64,000 nucleotides of DNA from Candidatus Omnitrophota bacterium (GTDB lineage: Bacteria > Omnitrophota > Gorgyraeia > Gygaellales > Profunditerraquicolaceae), in contig JAOAET010000051.1 in NCBI GenBank assembly GCA_026416665.1, positions 139,800-203,799 of the forward strand, in the 5' to 3' direction. Of this stretch, positions 59,977 through 64,000 are shown piece after piece. How positions within the stretch are numbered: the first letter of the stretch is position 1; every line of letters starts with the position of its first letter. Made by a program: the position numbers and the translations under genes. The notes under the pieces are model-generated. The model searched no databases. It saw only the letters and a program-made list of their open reading frames with translations, and was not told where the DNA came from.

Positions 59977-61395
59977 TTATTTTTTACTGTTTAGATATAA
60001 ATCAATGGCCTTTGCAGCTTTACGACCCGCACCCATTGCAGTAATAACCGTAGCTGCACCTGTTACCACATCTCCTCCTGCAAATACACCTGCAAGAGAT
60101 GTCTGTCCATTCTCATCTGCCTCAATCTCACCTTTCTTTTTTACCTTTAATCCCGGAGTGGTTCGCGAAATAATCGGATTGGGAGTGTTACCAATAGCTA
60201 CAATTACCTCATCGACATCTAACAAGAACTCAGAACCTGCTATGGGAATTGGACTTCTACGGCCTGAGGCATCGGGTTCACCTAATTTCATCTTAATACA
60301 TTCTACTTGTCTTACCATCCCTGAATCATTACCCAAATAGCGAATAGGATTAGTAAGTAAGCAAAAATCAATTCCCTCTTCTTTAGCTCTTTCAATCTCT
60401 TCTTGACGTGCAGGCATTTCTGTTTCTGAACGTCGATAGATTAAATATACATGCTCAGCGCCCAAACGCAAAGCAGTTCTTGCAGAATCCATAGCGACAT
60501 TGCCACCACCAATAACTGCAACAAATTTACCCCGTTTTACCGGTGTATCATACTCAGGGAACTTATAAGCCTGCATTAAATTAACACGTGTTAGAAACTC
60601 GTTTGCCGAATAAATTCCACCCAAATTTTCGCCTGGAATACCCATAAAATTAGGAAGACCTGCACCCGCACCAATAAAAATAGCTTGAAAACCTTCTTTA
60701 AAAAGGTCTTCTATAGTCAATGCTCTACCAATTAGGGCATTAGTTACAAAATTTACTCCTAATTCTGCTAACTTTTCTATCTCCGCCTGAACAATTGCTT
60801 TAGGTAGACGAAATTCTGGTATCCCGTACACTAACACTCCCCCTAACTTATGGTAACCTTCAAAGACAGTAACCTCATAGCCCATTTTGGCTAATTCTGC
60901 AGCACACGTTAATCCTGCTGGCCCTGACCCAACCACTGCTACCTTCTTATTTTTCTTCGGTACGCTTATTAATACTGCTGTCTTTTGTTTTTTTCTATTA
61001 GCTAAATCCCAGTCAGCTAAAAACCGTTCTAGTCTTCCAATAGAAATAGGGTCGCCCATTTTTTTCATCACACAAACTGCCTGACACTGTTCTTCCTGGG
61101 GGCAAACACGACCAGTCATACAAGGCAGGGAATCGTTTTCGTGAATTATATCAATTGCCTTTTGGAACTCCTTCTGACGCAGGGCCTTTATAAAGGAAGG
61201 TATATCTATGTGAACCGGACAGCCTTCTACACAAGGTTTCTTCGCACATTGAAGACAACGCGATGCTTCTTCAATTGCCTCTTGTTCGTTATAACCTAAG
61301 GGAACCTCATTAAAATTTTTAATGCGCTCTACAACTGGCTGTTGGCGCATTGGAACTGCTTTTTTCTTAATTTCCATAATATATAGCTTTTGCAA
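59977..61395 (-). CDS. NfnB/GltD/SudA-like NAD(P)H:ferredoxin oxidoreductase large subunit
   Basis: ~465-472 aa. N-terminal 2x[4Fe-4S] Cys motifs (CLQCAKKPCVEGCP...). FAD site KVAVVGSGPAGLTCAAEL. NAD(P)H site VAVIGGGNVAMDSARTALRLGA. Confidence 0.75.
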   Translation of the reverse strand: MQKLYIMEIKKKAVPMRQQPVVERIKNFNEVPLGYNEQEAIEEASRCLQCAKKPCVEGCPVHIDIPSFIKALRQKEFQKAIDIIHENDSLPCMTGRVCPQEEQCQAVCVMKKMGDPISIGRLERFLADWDLANRKKQKTAVLISVPKKNKKVAVVGSGPAGLTCAAELAKMGYEVTVFEGYHKLGGVLVYGIPEFRLPKAIVQAEIEKLAELGVNFVTNALIGRALTIEDLFKEGFQAIFIGAGAGLPNFMGIPGENLGGIYSANEFLTRVNLMQAYKFPEYDTPVKRGKFVAVIGGGNVAMDSARTALRLGAEHVYLIYRRSETEMPARQEEIERAKEEGIDFCLLTNPIRYLGNDSGMVRQVECIKMKLGEPDASGRRSPIPIAGSEFLLDVDEVIVAIGNTPNPIISRTTPGLKVKKKGEIEADENGQTSLAGVFAGGDVVTGAATVITAMGAGRKAAKAIDLYLNSKK

Positions 61396-61421
61396 AATTT
61401 TACTTTCTTAAATAAGTAATA

Positions 61422-62234
61422 TTATTTTTTACAGCAATAACATTCCTCCTCTCTATAGGTATCCAGACGTTTTATCAAAAGGTCAAAATTAACTTGATGG
61501 CCATCAAAGTCAGGGCCATCCATACAAGTAAAATAGGTCTTACCACCCACCTCTACACGACAGGCACCGCACATACCCATTGCACAAACCATAAGCGAAT
61601 TAAGACTAACTATTGTTTTTATATTATAAGGACGTGTCAATTCTGCCACTGCCTTCATCATTACCGCTGGACCAATAGCGAAGATAACAGAAGGCTTGTA
61701 ATCTTCGGCAATAAGTGTCTTTAAAATATCTGTGACAAAACCTTTTTGCCCGTAAGAACCATCATTGGTAGTAATAAATAACTGGTCTGTCACCAAACGC
61801 ATCTTTTCTTCCCAGAAGACATATTCTTTGGAACGATAACCAATAATAGCAGTAACAACGTTACCTTTTTCTTTTAGTGCTCGTGCAATAGGAAAAACAG
61901 CAGCAACACCAATACCACCGCCAACTAAAATAACTTTACCATAAAGTGCTATTTCTGTTGGATTACCTTGAGGACCCAGCACATCTAAAAGATAATCACC
62001 TTTTCTTAATGAAGCAAGAAGTTGTGTTGTTTTGCCTACCTCTTGGAATACCAAGGCTATAGTGCCTTGATTGCGTTCAAAATCCGCAATCGTCAAAGGT
62101 ATACGCTCTCCCTGTTGGTGTATTCTAACAATTACAAATTGCCCTGGCTGTGCTTTAGCAGAAATAATCGGTGCCTCTATTAAAACATAGTGTGTCTTGG
62201 AAGCTAGTTTGTATTTATCAATTATCTTAAACAT
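61422..62234 (-). CDS. NfnA/SudB/PyrK-like FAD plus [2Fe-2S] electron-transfer subunit
   Basis: 270 aa. FNR-like FAD/NAD-binding core. C-terminal MVCAMGMCGACRVEVGG...C [2Fe-2S] motif. Confidence 0.7.
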   Translation of the reverse strand: MFKIIDKYKLASKTHYVLIEAPIISAKAQPGQFVIVRIHQQGERIPLTIADFERNQGTIALVFQEVGKTTQLLASLRKGDYLLDVLGPQGNPTEIALYGKVILVGGGIGVAAVFPIARALKEKGNVVTAIIGYRSKEYVFWEEKMRLVTDQLFITTNDGSYGQKGFVTDILKTLIAEDYKPSVIFAIGPAVMMKAVAELTRPYNIKTIVSLNSLMVCAMGMCGACRVEVGGKTYFTCMDGPDFDGHQVNFDLLIKRLDTYREEECYCCKK

Positions 62235-62244
62235 ATTACTATTT

Positions 62245-63435
62245 TTATTGTTGTGCTAAGCGATAAGTATCTTGTGCTATCTGTAATTCCTCATTCGTAG
62301 GGATAACAAAAATTTTAACCAAAGAATTATCTGCACTAATTAGACACTCTTGCGTAGGCAAAGCAGTGTTGTTTTTTGTCTCATCTAAAATTATACCTAA
62401 CTGTTTAAGCCCTTTTAAACAAAGTTCTCTTATAAATGCATTATTTTGCCCTATACCACCTGTAAAGATAAGCGCATCCACTTCACCTAATACCGCAAAA
62501 TATGCCCCGATATATTTTTTTATACGATAGCAGAATATCTCTATAGCAATCCGAGCACGTTCTTCTCCTTTTCTACTTGCTTCAACTAAATTGCGCATAT
62601 CGTTAGAAACACCAGAGATTCCTAACAGACCACTACGTTTATTAAGGATTGCGTTAATTTCGTCTATAGAATATCCTTTGTCTGCAAGATAGAATATAAT
62701 CGCAGGGTCAATATCTCCTGAGCGTGTACCCATCACCAATCCTTCTAAAGGGGTAAGTCCCATACTGGTATCAACAGACCTTCCTTTTTCAACAGCAGTG
62801 ATGCTACAGCCATTTCCCAAGTGACAACTTATTAAGTTTGCCTGTGGTTTATTAAGAAGTAAGGAGGCTCTTCTGCAAACATATAGATGGGATGTCCCAT
62901 GGAATCCATATTTGCGTATCTTGTATTTTTTATAAAAATCAAAAGGTATAGCATATAAATAAGCCTGAGGAGAAAGGCTTTGGTGGAAGGCTGTATCAAA
63001 TACTGCTACCTGAGTAGCATAAGGTAAAAATTTCTTACACGCCATAATTCCCATCAGGTTCGGTGGATTATGTAATGGCGCTAATTCTGAAAATTTTTTT
63101 ATCTGAGCAATTACCTCATCACTAATAATCACAGAAGAAGTAAACTCTTCGCCTCCATGAACTACACGATGGCCAATACCCTTAATCTCTTCTGGCGAAG
63201 ATACTGCTCCTTTCTGAGAATCAGTCAATAATGATAAAATAATCATTACCCCTTTTTCATGGTCAATAATTTTCTCTTTTGCCTCTATCTGACCTTGTTC
63301 ACTTTTATAGGTAACAAAACTGGTTTCTTCTCCTATCTTTTCAATAAGACCTTTGGCGAGGACCTTTTCTTCGGGCATGGCAAAAAGCTGGAATTTTATA
63401 GAGGAGCTACCTGAATTTATTACGAGGATTTTCAT
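62245..63435 (-). CDS. ackA: acetate kinase
   Basis: 396 aa. N-terminus MKILVINSGSSSIKFQLF is diagnostic. Confidence 0.9.
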   Translation of the reverse strand: MKILVINSGSSSIKFQLFAMPEEKVLAKGLIEKIGEETSFVTYKSEQGQIEAKEKIIDHEKGVMIILSLLTDSQKGAVSSPEEIKGIGHRVVHGGEEFTSSVIISDEVIAQIKKFSELAPLHNPPNLMGIMACKKFLPYATQVAVFDTAFHQSLSPQAYLYAIPFDFYKKYKIRKYGFHGTSHLYVCRRASLLLNKPQANLISCHLGNGCSITAVEKGRSVDTSMGLTPLEGLVMGTRSGDIDPAIIFYLADKGYSIDEINAILNKRSGLLGISGVSNDMRNLVEASRKGEERARIAIEIFCYRIKKYIGAYFAVLGEVDALIFTGGIGQNNAFIRELCLKGLKQLGIILDETKNNTALPTQECLISADNSLVKIFVIPTNEELQIAQDTYRLAQQ

Positions 63436-63522
63436 GGGAGATTCTCTTTAAAAAACGTTACCTTATTCTACCATACTTTAGCGTATGGTCAAGCTTACTT
63501 AAAACTCAAAAGACTTCTTTTA

Positions 63523-64000
63523 TTATTGGTAACGATACAAACTGAGGCGTTTAATACGCTTGAGCATATTAGGATGTGTACTATAAAGCTCAAGCATTTT
63601 TTCGGTGAAACTTAACCGAACTTGTTTTTGTCTGATAGCTTCTAATTCTGAAGGCTCAATACTACCGCTTCGATTAAGGTCTAATTCTTTTAAATCAAAC
63701 AACTCCTGTTTTGCCCGCGATGGGTCGCTTGCGAAAAATGCCTTAAGACCTTCTACCTCATAAAACTTTTCTCTCTCAAGACGTGCTGCACCGTAAACAA
63801 GTTTAAAAAGCGCAGAAGCAAGATTAGAGGGTTTATTTCCTAACTTTACGGAACCAATATCCGCAAAATACTCTCTTATCCTTGAACCATACAGAACCAG
63901 AAGACTGCTTATAAGGTAAAAAATAAAAGCTGCCAGCCCAATAAGCACAGTATTTGAATTACGCTCGCGTCTGCGGTAACCAAAGACAAAATTAAGGTAA
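63523..64000 (-). CDS. htpX: HtpX-like M48 zinc metallopeptidase, C-terminal part (N-terminus with HEXXH lies beyond the window)
   Basis: GSRIREYFADIGSVKLGNKPSNLASALFKL and THPNMLKRIKRL match the HtpX C-terminal motifs. The frame stays open to the window edge. Confidence 0.6.
   Translation of the reverse strand, partial: YLNFVFGYRRRERNSNTVLIGLAAFIFYLISSLLVLYGSRIREYFADIGSVKLGNKPSNLASALFKLVYGAARLEREKFYEVEGLKAFFASDPSRAKQELFDLKELDLNRSGSIEPSELEAIRQKQVRLSFTEKMLELYSTHPNMLKRIKRLSLYRYQ

Overview
This AT-rich (~35-38% GC) bacterial chromosomal window is almost entirely coding and mostly minus-strand. It is a Gram-negative-type anaerobe (lipid A/LPS genes, a TonB-dependent receptor, and an [FeFe]-hydrogenase with HydEFG maturases); I cannot assign a lineage from sequence alone. 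Annotations come from reading the provided six-frame ORF track and the DNA by eye for protein motifs and hairpins; no similarity search was run. Features in order:
- Lipid A / LPS core genes: HldE/RfaE kinase (partial), MsbA-like exporter, a Gfo/Idh/MocA oxidoreductase and LpxB.
- A putative minus-strand operon: a beta-CASP MBL RNase, a divergent bL27-like protein, an M48 peptidase, a 643-aa helical protein and an HD-GYP phosphodiesterase.
- Conserved hypotheticals (DUF1846/UPF0371-like, DUF1805-like), a thioesterase and a PilZ-PilT fusion ATPase.
- A complete V-type ATPase operon (G/H-C-I-K-F-E-A-B-D) that runs directly into Usp and PtsN genes.
- A large glutamine/ammonium assimilation locus: two P-II genes flanking amt, a sigma-like regulator, nadE, pyrG-carA-carB (N-terminal half only), gltBD preceded by a Fis-type HTH gene, and a type III glutamine synthetase.
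- A Wzx-like flippase, HydF-HydE-HydG with a TM1266-like regulator, and a TonB receptor plus ZnuABC-like metal uptake cluster.
- The most unusual system: an operon ackA-nfnA-like-nfnB-like-hydC-hydB-hydA-sod. HydB carries a C-terminal GltD/NfnB-like domain and HydA has a non-canonical L1 H-cluster motif (TSCSP).
- Four minus-strand hairpin-T-run elements sit immediately upstream of start codons (glnB-amt, glnN, pyrG, hyd maturases). This suggests leader attenuation. No CRISPR array, rRNA, tRNA or obvious mobile element was seen.
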